The notes under the pieces are model-generated. The model was given only the letters and a program-made list of their open reading frames with translations. It was not told where the DNA came from and did not search any database. Below, piece after piece: positions 38,738 through 52,060 of a stretch of 64,000 nucleotides of DNA. This DNA is from Octopus bimaculoides (taxonomy: Eukaryota): NCBI RefSeq assembly GCF_001194135.2, contig NC_068992.1:57663161-57727160 (forward strand), read 5' to 3'. Made by a program: the position numbers and the translations under genes. Each line of letters begins with the position of its first letter. The stretch's first letter is position 1.

Positions 38738-38886
38738 GTAAATATGGTAGGTGAAAACTATGAGGAAGCCTGTCATGTATGTAGAAGTATGGCTGTGTGG
38801 TTAAGAAGTTTGATTTGCAACCACGTGGTTTCAGGTTCAGTCCTTGGATGGACAAATGCTTCATGAGTGAATTTGGTAGACAGAAA

Positions 38887-38941
<55 letters not shown>

Positions 38942-39399
38942 CCTGTGTGAAACACCTCACCTTCACCACTTAATAACTGCTGTTGCTTTGTTTACATCCC
39001 CATAACTTAGCAGTTCAGCAACTGAGATTGATAGGATAAGTACCTGACTTAACAAAAAATAGAAAGTATCTGGGGTGATTTCTTTGACCAACACCTTTCA
39101 AGGCAGTGACCCAGGATGGCCGTGGTAAATGAATGAAACAAGTAAAAAAGATTGGACAGTGTATTTTCAGATATGTAAAAAGACTTGATGGCCATGGCTG
39201 GAATGGATGGAATGCCTTAGGTGGGGGTCAACCAATGTTGACCTGTGGTCAATAAAATGACATTCATCAATGATACTCAAGTTCTTAGTAAACAATAACT
39301 GTATATCACCAAGGAACCAGCAGACCTATGATCAAAGATTTTCCAGTCATGACCATCACATCTTTGTTTCGGCCAGTGTACAAAGGAGTATATTAACCA

Positions 39400-39960
39400 A
39401 TATAGTCATCTCTATTTAAGACAGTAGTGTGAGAATCAAGGGGAATTTGGCTGTTATTTCTAACAGATCAAACAACCACAGAAGGTCGCAACTGGACAGG
39501 CATGGTCTGGGACACTCCAGACATGCCCACTAATAAAACATCATTATGACCACACTGTGGATCCCATAGCTCAGCTCAATGTAGCCTTCCTTTTTTTTTA
39601 TGGCAGGAGGATGTGATTTAAGGGAGATTTGACTGTTATTTCTAACAAATCAAGCAAACACAGTGGGTCACTTAGTTCAATGCAGCCTTCTTTTAAGACA
39701 GCAGGATTTGATTTGAAGGAGGTTTAACTGCTATTTCTAACAGGTTGAGCAAATACATTGAGGATCCCTTGGTCCAATGTGGCCTTCCATTTTTATGATG
39801 AGAATGTGATTTGAGAGAGATTTGGCTGCTATTTCCAACTCATCAAGCAACCACACTGAAGGTCGCTTGGTTCAATGTGGCCTTCTTTTTTTTATGACAG
39901 GAGGGTGTGATTTGAGAGAGATTTGGCTACTATTTTTAAAAGATCAAGCAACCACAATAA
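39400..39960. repeat. Degenerate tandem array of ~97-bp units derived from an interspersed repeat (gagatttggctgctatttctaac)
   Basis: Core at about 39455, 39635, 39731, 39829, 39928; single dispersed copies at 20550-20600, 20990-21050, 31190-31260, 41380-41550, 62760-62830. Confidence 0.8.
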
Positions 39961-40583
39961 AGCTCTGCTATCTGGCATGGCATGGGCCCCGCTTTTCAAC
40001 ACAGAAGGGCATGATTCAAGGGAGATTAGATTTTACAAATATCAGCAGGTCAAGAGACCACTTAGAAGTTCTGTCGCAGACTGAAGAGCATTTGCTGCTT
40101 TTTGGCCGTGGAAAATAATACAGTGCAGCAGTACTACTGAAAGAACATGAACGGCGAAAAGATTCTTTGACCAACCAAACCTGACTCATCTAACCAACCG
40201 TTTTCGTCGCAGAACATACCAGTTTTCAGATATAATCAACAGAGGAACTATTACAATTATCGCCACCATCACCCCACCCTCACCAACATCACCACTACCA
40301 TTACCATCATCATCATCAAAGATATCATATTTGACTCTATGCTGTTTAGTTTCTAGTCATGCATTCTCAACAACACCTTACTTGGCTTCAAACTACTTCA
40401 ACAGTCACTCAATCTCCTGAAATTAGCAGTGAGCTGTTCGTTAGTGACTAATGATACATAATTTATAAAGGAAACGGAATGAAATATTAAAAAAACAAAA
40501 AATTGGAGAAATTTTTTAAAATTTATTTAATGCCATTTCAAAAAAGAGGAATGATAAAATCTTGGATGGAGAAAAAATAATAA

Positions 40584-40660
40584 TTAAAGAAGGGTATATC
40601 AGCCGAAACGCGTTAACAACAAACAAGATGAGGACAAATATCCGTCAAATGTAAATAATG
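40584..40660 (+). mobile_element. Penelope-like terminal fragment with partial hammerhead-like motif (...cagcc-GAAAC-gcgtt-aacaac)
   Basis: GAAACGCGTT palindromic stem III signature; 5' core degenerate. Confidence 0.4.
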
Positions 40661-41676
40661 TAAATAATATACATAAATACACTGTGTTTGAAATAGAAGA
40701 TTAGATAGTCATAACTAGAACACATTTGAGCAGAGGTCTGCCAGATCTGCACTAATCTGCGACTAAACAAGGATGCGACAAGATTTGGCATAAATATTAA
40801 GCCGTTGCAATTTTGTCCTAGGTCAGCCATGATCAAGTAACCTTTTGATCAATAGCATTCCTTCATCCCATCTTTTAGTGTATCTGGGCCCAATGTGGCC
40901 TTTTATTTTTCAGGAAGATAAAGATAAGGTGTTTTGACAGATGGCCATGTGGTAAAAAAGCTTACTTCCCAACCACATGATTCCAGGTTCAGTCCCACTG
41001 TGTGGCACATTGAGTAAGTGTCTTCTACTACAGCCTCAGGCCAACCAAAGCTTTGTGAGTGGATTTGGGAGATAGAAACTGAAAGAAGTCCATCGTGTGT
41101 GTATGTGTCTTTGTACTCCCATCACTGCTTGACAACCGGTGTTGGTGTGTTTACGTTCCCCAAAACTTGGCAGTTCAGCCTAAAATGACCGACAGAATAA
41201 GTAGTAGGCTTAATAAAAATAAAACCTAAGATCAATTTGACTAAAATCCTCCAAGGCGGTGCTCCAGCATGGCCACAGTCAAATGACTGAAACAAGTAAA
41301 AGAGAGTAAAGAAATACCTAGCAGGCTGAGTAGGCACCTCCGTTGGCTTGTGTGTAAAAGTGGTTATTGTTGTTTAACTCCAGGCTGACCCATGATCAAA
41401 GAATTTCCAAATATGACCACCCAACTATATTTCGGGCATCGTACCTAGCATTATGTTCTTAGTGTATTCTTCTTCTTTTAAGACGGCATAGTATATGAGG
41501 GAGATTTGGCTGCTATTTCTAGCTGGTCTAATAACCGAATGACCATATGGCTGTTTTCTCATTGGCCAGAACCTAAGTGTTGTTCTTATGGTTCCTGCAA
41601 TAGCACTCCTTTCTTCCTAGATGGGCGTTGTTCCACAGGAAGTTCTTAACTCAACACTGTGCGACAGTAAAGCACC

Positions 41677-41728
<52 letters not shown>

Positions 41729-42678
41729 NNNNNNNNNNNNNNNNNNNNNNNNNNNNNNNNNNNNNNNNNNNNNNNNNNNAGTCTGATCTCAGGATTGTTA
41801 AAGTTTGAACCATTTCTGGTAACATGCGACAGCATTAAAAAAAAACAGAAAGTGGCACCGAGTTGCTGGACTCATATTATGAGTGCTTTTAGAAGTTGAA
41901 AGTGGTAAATATCAGGTTTACATAAATTTGGAATCTCCATTTAAGTTTGTAAATCATCATCATCATCATCATCGTCATTTTTAATATCCGCTTTTCCATT
42001 CTTGCATGGGTTGGATGGAATTTGTCCCAAGTGGATTTACTATGGCTAGGTGCCCTTCCTGTTGCCAACCCTCATCTGTTTCCAAGAAAGGACTCATATT
42101 CCCCACACACACACACACGCACACACACACACAAACACATCTCATGACCAGACATGTTTTCACAGAAGATTGGAAATGAAGGACACTTCTTGCATAGCAA
42201 TGGAACTTATCATGAGAATCAAAGCAAGGAGACAGCAACACACACACACACACACACACACACATGCATGTGTGTGTGTGTGTGCGTGCGTGTGTATCTT
42301 TTGTCTTTCACATGCTTCAGTCATTAGACTGTGGTCATGCTGGAGCATTGGCTTAAAAATTTTCTAGTCACATGAATCTACCCTAGTGCTTATTCTTTTC
42401 TCTTTAAGACAGACATATCTAACCAAATCTTTATCGTATAAATAAATAAATATGATGATGATGATGATATACATATATATATATTTATGCTATATATATA
42501 TTTATGCTGTATATATATAGTATAGTATAGATGGGCGACTGCTGGTCTTCCATAAACAACCTTGCCTGGACTTGTGCCCGGGAGGGTAACTTTCTAAGTG
42601 CAATCCCATGGTCAGTCATGACCGAAGGGGCTCTCAGCAGTACAGATAGTAGGAAGAGAGTTACATCTGGAAAGATAC

Positions 42679-42880
42679 TGTCCGAAACACCCAGACTTGC
42701 TTGCCAAACAAGTCATCATCTGGCAACTGTTCCATAGGAGGACGACTGGGGGGGGGGGGACCTTCCAAAACCCATTGTCAAGACTCTTAAGAAGGACAGT
42801 GGTGTCATGTTTGATGCACTTAGGACAATGGTGATGACGGAATGGGACTTATGATGAGTGTGTCTAGGTGGTGCCCAGCA
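42679..42880 (+). mobile_element. RTE/RTEX LINE 3' ORF fragment
   Basis: Translates as KHPDLLAKQVIIWQLFHRRTTGGGGPSKT / VKTLKKDSG...W, matching the RTE H(P)E..AS.LILW.P.HG.R.RGRP.KT pattern. Confidence 0.6.
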
Positions 42881-44063
42881 TAAGTGCAAGGTTGTAGTTG
42901 AAAGTGATGATGACAAACGTGTAACCAGAGCACTTGACATTCAGGAAAAGAATGCAGTAGACATAGGTGGCAGCGGCGACGGCAGTGACGAAGAGGGACA
43001 TAGGAGAAAAAGGGAGAACTTGGGAGGGTGGAGAAGATGGGGAAGAGGAGCAGGAGGAGAGGAAGAAGGGGAGGTAAGGGGTTGGGGGTTAAGGCAGAGG
43101 GGAGGAGAGGATGCCTCCAACGACGACTACAACAACGAGATGAAGAGAAGGAGGATTAGGGCATCAGACAAAATGCGAAAAATTGAAAAGAGGAAGCATT
43201 CTTAGTAAAAAAAAAACCCCCATTACATTCTGAGTTCAAATACCATTGAANNNNNNNNNNNNNNNNNNNNNNNNNNNNNNNNNNNNNNNNNNNNNNNNNN
43301 NNNNNNNNNNNNNNNNNNNNNNNNNNNNNNNNNNNNNNNNNNNNNNNNNNNNNNNNNNNNNNNNNNNNNNNNNNNNNNNNNNNNNNNNNNNNNNNNNNNN
43401 NNNNNNNNNNNNNNNNNNNNNNNNNNNNNNNNNNNNNNNNNNNNNNNNNNNNNNNNNNNNNNNNNNNNNNNNNNNNNNNNNNNNNNNNNNNNNNNNNNNN
43501 NNNNNNNNNNNNNNNNNNNNNNNNNNNNNNNNNNNNNNNNNNNNNNNNNNNNNNNNNNNNNNNNNNNNNNNNNNNNNNNNNNNNNNNNNNNNNNNNNNNN
43601 NNNNNNNNNNNNNNNNNNNNNNNNNNNNNNNNNNNNNNNNNNNNNNNNNNNNNNNNNNNNNNNNNNNNNNNNNNNNNNNNNNNNNNNNNNNNNNNNNNNN
43701 NNNNNNNNNNNNNNNNNNNNNNNNNNNNNNNNNNNNNNNNNNNNNNNNNNNNNNNNNNNNNNNNNNNNNNNNNNNNNNNNNNNNNNNNNNNNNNNNNNNN
43801 NNNNNNNNNNNNNNNNNNNNNNNNNAAAACTTTTCAGATTAAAAAATTGAAGGTCGTTATCTTTATTCATCTAAATTGCAAGTAGTAAGTTACATATAAT
43901 AACAACAACAACAACAACAACAACAGCAACATTAATCCTTCCTACTGTAGGCACAAGGCCAGACGTTTGGGGGCAGAATTTGAAATCAAAACATGAGGAT
44001 GGATATAATGCCACTAAGTATTTTGCATGGTGTATTAACAATTCCACCAGCTCGCCAACTTTC

Positions 44064-44098
<35 letters not shown>

Positions 44099-44325
44099 CC
44101 TTTCTATTATAGATACAAGATCTGAAACTGGGGGGGTGGGGACTAGTCAATTACACCAACCCCAGTGCGTAGCTGGTACTTACGTCATCAAATGAAATAC
44201 CACTTAGCATTTCACCTGGCATGCTAGGGATTATGGCAGCTTGCTGCCCCTCCCCCCCTTTTTTTTCTTTAATGCTGCTCAGCATTTGTACAGCATGTTA
44301 ATGATTCTGCCAGCTCACCAATAAC

Positions 44326-44389
<64 letters not shown>

Positions 44390-44460
44390 GTCAGGATATA
44401 ACTACTCCAAAATCTCCTGCCTCACATAGTTTCCTGTGAACACACAGACACGCATGCGCG

Positions 44461-44492
<32 letters not shown>

Positions 44493-45007
44493 TGCACGCA
44501 TACACAGAGGGTCTACTCTACACATCTTGACAATTAGTCAGTTTAGTATTTGTGATAACAATCCTTGAAATAGTCACTGCATTATAATTAGTCAGAGTAG
44601 AAGAGATAGGGGTAGCAGCCAGGCCAGCAGGTCATCTGGTCAGCCCCTTTCCTAAGTGGCTTAAATTCTATCAGTCACCATTATCGAAATCAGACATTCT
44701 TCTCCAAAATTTCAGATAAGCTACAACAACAACAACAACAACAGTCGTAATTACTCTGGAACACTGTTAATTTCTGCTTCATTGTAATCTTTCTCTTTCT
44801 TCAAGCCAACATATAAGGAGCATCTATCTATATTAAGCATGGACAACCGTTTCCACAGAAGCAGGCCACGTGAGACATGCTTCATCATGGGGACAGGATG
44901 CACTACTAAACAAAAAATTCCAGATAATTTTTCATTCAGGATGCCTTTCAGAAGGTCCTCTGAGGCTGCAGGTTGTCTATGGATGATCTACATCAATGGT
45001 TCTCAAC

Positions 45008-45133
45008 AGGGTCCACATGGCACTTGGGGCCCACATGGTACTTGGAGCCCACATGGCACTTGGGGCCCACATGGCACTTGGGGCCCACATGGCACTTGGG
45101 GCCCACATTGGCCCCTGGGGTTTTACATGGCCC
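45008..45133. repeat. 18-bp tandem repeat (ggggcccacatggcactt) x6-7 in the hAT subterminal region
   Basis: Seen directly; source of the GPHGTW ORF. Confidence 0.95.
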
Positions 45134-45349
45134 ATAGGAGTCCACAAGATTTTATTGCTAAAATTTATCAGCAATAAATTACTTATACTTCTACAATACA
45201 CAAATTATTTCAACAATTTTTTTTTTATCCNNNNNNNNNNNNNNNNNNNNNNNNNNNNNNNNNNNNNNNNNNNNNNNNNNNNNNNNNNNNNNNNNNNNNN
45301 NNNNNNNNNNNNNNNNNNNNNNNNNNNNNNNNNNNNNNNNNNNNNNNNN

Positions 45350-45730
45350 AGGCACAATGGCCCAATGGTTAGAGCAGCGGACTCGCGGTCATAGGATCAT
45401 GGTTTCGATTCCCAAACCGGGCGTTGTGAGTGTTTATTGAGCAAAAACACCTAAAAGCTCCACGAGGCTCCGGCAGGGGATGGTGGCGAACCCTGCTGTA
45501 CTCTTTCACTACAACCTTCTCTCACTCTTACTTCCTGTTTCTGTCGTGCCTGTAATTCAAAAGGTCAGTCTTGTCACACTGTGTCACGCTGAATATCCCC
45601 GAGAACTACATTAAGGGTACACGTGTCTGTGGAGTGCTCAGCCACTTGCATATTAATTTCATGAGCAGGCTGTTCCGTTGATCAGATCAACTGGAACCCT
45701 CGACGTCGTAAGCGACAGAGTGCCAACAAC
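45350..45730 (+). mobile_element. SINE A, full length, nested in the hAT MITE
   Basis: Head ggcacaatggcccaatggttagagcagcgg to tail gagtgccaacaac. Confidence 0.9.
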
Positions 45731-47665
45731 ATGCTGACATGAGTCAGATGGTTTGACTGAAACTGGTAAGCCGGAGAGCTGTACCAGGTTCCAGTCTGGA
45801 TGCCTTTCCTAATGCCAACCACTCAACAGAGTGTAGTGGGTGCTTTTTACGTGTCACCAGCACAGGTGCCAGTTACGTGACACCAGCACCAGTCACAACT
45901 ACAATTTCATTTGGTTTGACGGGCCTCCCCAAGCACGACATATTGCCAAAGATCTCAGTCACTTATCATTGCCCCCATAAGGCCCAATGTTCAAAGATCA
46001 TATGTGTATGATTTCTTAAACACTGAATGGCTAGGAAGGCCCTTCCGAGTAAAATAGGAATTGAAGGGGTCTATAGGTAAAAAAATGATTGAGAACCACT
46101 GATCGACATACTTGCTGAACCAGCTAAAAATAGCAGTCAAATCTCCTTAACCCTTTAGCATTCAGATTTCTTTGTCAAATGTATCACTTATTTATTCATG
46201 TTATTTGAAGTTAATCATGCAGCTTCAAGATTTCAATGGTGTGTTTGTATATTTTAAGAATGGCACAGTAGGGTAGGTGTGACAGGCTGGATCTGGTCAG
46301 TTTTAACATAAATCAAGATTGAATATTTAGCTAAATCACATTCTACTGCAGGCATGGGCTACCTTTTAGGAGAAGCAGGCCACATGAGACATGGTCCATC
46401 AGGTGAGCCACATTACTAGAAAAAAATTGAAGCAATTTTTTGTTAAATCAGCAGTAGTTTGCATGTCCTGTTGGCAGTAGTTTGCCAAAGACAACCTTAC
46501 TGTCTACAAAAATAAAATATGAAGGAGAATAAAGTAGTCCTAGATATACAAAAGAATGGATGGTCACAAGTAGACCACCTTGATTATACATTTGCTGTAT
46601 TACAGTGCTGATCTGGAGTTAAACAAGAACAACAATTTCTTACATTAGGAAAACAAAGTCACAATCAATTCAACAACAGTACTTTACTGGTACTCCTCTT
46701 AAAGACCTACCCAAAGGAATGCCAGAAATGGCAGGATTTCCAACTAAGAATGTAGACTCACATCAAGAGGAAAATTTCATTTAGGAAATATTTTTTGCAT
46801 TCAGCATTCTGTACATTTCTTGTTAACTTAATTATCTAAATTTATGCCACCGGTTCATTTAAGTCATTTTGCCCTTAGTAATTTCAATTTATTTTCAATT
46901 TTAAATATTAGTCACTTCCTTGGCTTTAATGATGATGATGATGATGATGATGATCTTTTCTACTCTCGGCACAAGGCCCGAAATTTTTTGAGAGTGGGAG
47001 CAGTCAATTAGATTGACCCAGTACACAACTGGTACTTAATTTATCAACTCCAAAAGGATGAAATGGCAAAGTCGACCTCGACGGAATTTGAACTCAGAAC
47101 GTAAAGACAGATGAAATACTGCTAAGCATTTCGCCCGGTGTACTAACGTTTCTGCCAGCTCACCTAGCCCTTAGAAGGATGCGAAATGAATTTGACCTTA
47201 CTCAGAACTAATACCACAAGGCATTTTTGTCTGATATTCAGCTAACAGTTTCAAGCTGATTAAATCAATCTCAATAAATAGCTAGGATTTAATTTGTAAA
47301 TCCCAGAGATACAAAAGACAAAGATGAAACTGGCAGGATTTGAACTCAGAGAACAAAAGGACATAATTAAACACCCCATGGTATTTTGCTTGTCACTCTA
47401 CTGTTTATACCAATTCACCACATCAAAACACATTATCTGGTGCTCTACCGATTCTAGCAATCCACTAACATCAGTTTCAAATTCTAGGAGAAAGCCAGCA
47501 ATTTTGGGGGGAGGGGCACATCAGTTACATCAACCCCAGTGATCAACTGGTACTTATCTCATCAACCCCGAAAGGATGAAAGATAAAATCGATCTCGGCA
47601 GAATTTGAACTCAGAACATAAAGATGCATACATATATATATATATGTATATATATATGATGATGA

Positions 47666-47711
<46 letters not shown>

Positions 47712-48576
47712 NNNNNNNNNNNNNNNNNNNNNNNNNNNNNNNNNNNNNNNNNNNNNNNNNNNNNNNNNNNNNNNNNNNNNNNNNNNNNNNNNNNNNNNNN
47801 NNNNNNNNNNNNNNNNNNNNNNNNNNNNNNNNNNNNNNNNNNNNNNNNNNNNNNNNNNNNNNNNNNNNNNNNNNNNNNNNNNNNNNNNNNNNNNNNNNNN
47901 NNNNNNNNNNNNNNNNNNNNNNNNNNNNNNNNNNNNNNNNNNNNNNNNNNNNNNNNNNNNNNNNNNNNNNNNNNNNNNNNNNNNNNNNNNNNNNNNNNNN
48001 NNNNNNNNNNNNNNNNNNNNNNNNNNNNNNNNNNNNNNNNNNNNNNNNNNNNNNNNNNNNNNNNNNNNNNNNNNNNNNNNNNNNNNNNNNNNNNNNNNNN
48101 NNNNNNNNNNNNNNNTAATTGCCACAAAACAAAACTAATAACATATTTAGAACACAGTCACAAGGTCACACGAAAAGTGAGTTGGTGGGGGTTAGGGGTG
48201 AAAAGGTAGCATTTAGCAGATGGCAGCAGAACCCCCCCCTCCACTTCTTCACTGGTACTTAACTACATGAACCCTGAAAGGATTAGAAGAAATGTCAAGG
48301 TCAACCTTGGCAGGGCTTTTTAAGTCATGATATACCCATCTGCTTACCTTTTACTGGCTTCAGTCATTGGATAGCAGCCATGCTAGGGCACTGCTTCAGA
48401 GGGTGCAGCTGAAGAAATCGACTCCAGGACTCCATCTTTTTTAAGGCCTGGTACTAGTTGTAGTTTCTTTTACCAAAGCACTAAGTTACAGGGAGATAAA
48501 CAAACCAACAACATTTGCCAAGCAATGGGGGTGGGGGGGGACATACACAGACACAAACAAACATACACACATACAT

Positions 48577-48717
48577 GTTGTTGGCACTCCGTCGCTTACG
48601 ACGTCGAGGGTTCCAGCTGATCTGATCAACAGAACAGCCAGCTCGTGAAATTAACGTGCAAGTGGCTGAGCACTCCACAGACACGTATACCCTTAACGTA
48701 GTTCTCGGGGATATTCA
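48577..48717 (-). mobile_element. 5'-truncated SINE A (tail only)
   Basis: ggcactccgtcgcttacgacgtcg... nearly identical to the other A copies. Confidence 0.88.
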
Positions 48718-49047
48718 GAACATCAAGAGCCAGAACAAATAATACAAGGCATTCTATCCACCACAATAACATAATGACTCCCTGCCAATTAACTGCATCA
48801 TTGCCTCCTTAATATCAATAACCACAACTGTTTCTAATTTAGGCACAAAGCCAGCAATTTTGAAGGGAGATAAGGGGGATCAGCAAATTACATTAACCCC
48901 AGTGCTAGACTAGTACTTTGTCTCCCATGGAGGGATGAAAGGCAAAACTGACCCTGGTGGTATTTGAACCCAGAAATATAAAGAGACAGAAACAAATAAT
49001 ACTGCAACAAATTCTATTCGACACCATAGCATCTCAGTCAATCAATC

Positions 49048-49078
<31 letters not shown>

Positions 49079-49255
49079 GTATTAATAATAATAATAATAA
49101 TAATGGTATTAATAATGATAATAAAGTACAAATAGAACCACAATAAAAGATGCGTGTTTGTATAGCAAGTGATTCATTTATTTATTTCTATTAGTTAATC
49201 TCATTATTGATGTCATCTTTTTTAGCTTCTATTATTCAAAGCTGGCAACAAGTCT

Positions 49256-49311
<56 letters not shown>

Positions 49312-51306
49312 AGTGAAAAGATTATTACAACACACAGAGACCATGGCGCTGCTATGAAGTCAGTTTATTCTCAATTGTAAGCTGCGGATGAAAACACATA
49401 TCCCAGGACCAGTATAACTGGCCTTATGATTTTCTGCTTTATGTCAGCTCATAGTCAAAACAGACTTGTGATTGAAGATGTTCCCATCATGACCATCCCA
49501 TCTAGTTGTCAGATAATATATCCAATGTGTCCTTCTTATATAAAAGTGGAAGGGTTTCATTTGAAGAAACCTAGCTGCGGTGTCTCGCAGTTTGAATAAC
49601 TGCATAGAAGCCCACACATTGGCTTATTAAAGGAAGAGGAATTAATAGGTTTTATAGTAAGGTATATAAAGGTTAATAAAAGGTATTTGGTGAAGGTGCA
49701 TGGCTCAGTGGTTAGAGCACTCGGCTCACAATCATGAAATAGTGAGTTTGATTCCCAGACCGGACTGTGTTGTGCTCTTCTTGAACAAAGACACTTTATT
49801 TCACATTGCTCCAGTTCACTCAGCTGTAGAAATGAGTTGCGACGTCACAGGTACCAAGCTATATTGGTTTTGCCTTTCCCTTGGATAACTCTGGTGGCGT
49901 GGAGAGGGGAGGCTGGTATGCAGGGACAACTGCCGGTCTTCTATAAACAACCTTGCCCAGACTTGTGCTTCGGAGGGGAACTTTCTAGGTGCAATCCCGT
50001 GGTCATTCATGACCGAAGGAAGTCCTTGCCCCAGTGAGGTAAAATTTGGCAGATTTAGACAAAATAAGGAAAAGTGAAAGGAGTGGAGTTAGGTGAAGAT
50101 GGTACAGCTTGCTAGTTCAGTGGAGCAGAAGATGTAGTAATAGCAGAAGAAGATGCAGAGAGAGAGCATAGGATGTCTTTGAGCCAGTGATTGTAATATC
50201 TGTACAGCATACAGTGTGGAAGTGTTGCTATAGTTTAACAATAGGTCAGCCATAATCAAACAGAATTTATGATGAAGACATTCCAGGCATGACCATTCTG
50301 TCTTCTAGCTGCATACAAAACTACATTAACTAGCACATAATTTCTATATTCAACTGAATGACTGAAACAAGTAAGAAAAAAAAAAAGAAAAAAAAAAGAA
50401 CACCTATCATTATTATCATCATTTAGCATCTGTGTTCCATGCTGACACGGGTTGAATGCACAGGACTTCATCATCACGTTCCAATGTCTACTTTTAGCAT
50501 GGTTTCTATGGCTATATTCCTTTCAAATGCTAGCCACTTTACAGTGTATACAGGAAGTTTTTTTGTTTTTTTTTCCATGTCGCTAGTACTGACAAGATCA
50601 TCAAGTAACTTGCAACTAGGACAGACTGACCGTTTCACTCCCAAGGTATAGGTCAGCCCAGAACCGTAACAGAAGAGACTCTCCCAAGGTGTTGTACAAT
50701 GGGTCTGAACTCAAAATCATGATTGCAAAACGAATTTCTTAGCTACACACTCATGCCTGTGCCTTAGATAAATTAATTCTAAGGGAAAGAAAATTTTCAA
50801 TCATCCTTATAAGGAACCAAAGAATCACTGGTGCCAAGCAGTTTTCAGGATATTAGTATAAATTACAACCCACCCAACACAGCCAAATCCACAAATTACT
50901 GTTGGTTTGTTATTTTATATTTGCCTCTAATTGTTTCCTGTTATGTTTAGCTTCCGCTAAAGCTTAATCTCACAAAAGCTAATTAGTTTTCTTCATTAAA
51001 TTGACAAGAAAAAAAAAAATTCTTTCTTTTTAATTATTTCATAAAGTGTATCCTTAGCTTTGAGATCTAGAGAGATTTTAAATCATTACAGGGGAACACT
51101 GAGAAATGACATGCAGTAATGCAGACATATAATGGAGGGGTGAGACTTGGCTGAAAAGAATATATAAATGCTGCATATTCATCTATCACAAAGAAATCAA
51201 ACAGACCTTAAAAACGACTCCAACTGTATTAACATATGTCTGTAGATATATATTTCATTCTTTAGATAATTAAAGCTTATAAATAATGCAACATTTTCAG
51301 TTAGCT

Positions 51307-51349
<43 letters not shown>

Positions 51350-51755
51350 GTATGGATGGATAGATAGATAGATAGATAGATAGATATAGATATATACATA
51401 CACACACTCACATATATTTATGTACATGTATGTACATATATATGAAAATATCTAAATGAAGGCGTTAACAGCTGGCATGTTCACGGTATCAACTTTGGTT
51501 TGTTATTGCAGCTGGAACAAGACCCAGTGTTCAATAGAAACTCCCCTAATGGCATCTTCTTCTTCAACAAAAGAAGTTAAAGAGACTTTTAAAACAATCA
51601 GAAGCTTAGACAAGATCACAGCTTGTTAAAATTGTTTCTCGTGGTGTGTAACAAAAGATTTTATGTAATTAGCTCTTCTATGTGAAAGCTGCCTTCACAT
51701 CAATATTAAGTAAGACAATGAAGGTATTTCATGTCAATCAACATATATCTATATC

Positions 51756-51804
<49 letters not shown>

Positions 51805-51970
51805 ATTGCTGAGGAATTTAAACAGGTTTTAAGTAAATGATAGTACCATTAACACTAACAACAACAACAACAACAATAATCACAACACAGAGCTCAGGAA
51901 ACCCCTGACCACCCAATCAGCAAGGCAGCCAACCTATCAGAACCGAATACCAGACTGACCTTGTCTAGAC

Positions 51971-52060
51971 CACTGGTTCCCAAAGTGAGTGGCACTGCCC
52001 CCCCCCCAACTCACCCACTCCAGGATAGGGGGGATCATAGGGGCAGGGCTGTTGATGGAA
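51971..52060. mobile_element. hAT-Charlie-like left end cactggttcccaaagtg after target gtctagac
   Basis: TIR-like start plus nTCTAGAn target; right end not found. Confidence 0.45.

Larger units (their letters stand above)
44994..46101. mobile_element. hAT (Charlie-like) MITE with TIRs and 8-bp TSD, carrying nested SINEs
   Basis: Left TIR caatggttctcaa, right end ttgagaaccactg; flanks atctacat (44986-93) and atcgacat (46102-09), 7/8 identical. Confidence 0.85.

Noticed and set aside
43000-43120. G-rich tract as a G-quadruplex or regulatory element
   Set aside because: Low-complexity purine run like many others in the window; no independent support.
46349-46470. hAT-like MITE caggcatgggctacc...gcatgtcctg
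   Set aside because: TIRs are weak and the flanks do not form a TSD; not enough support.
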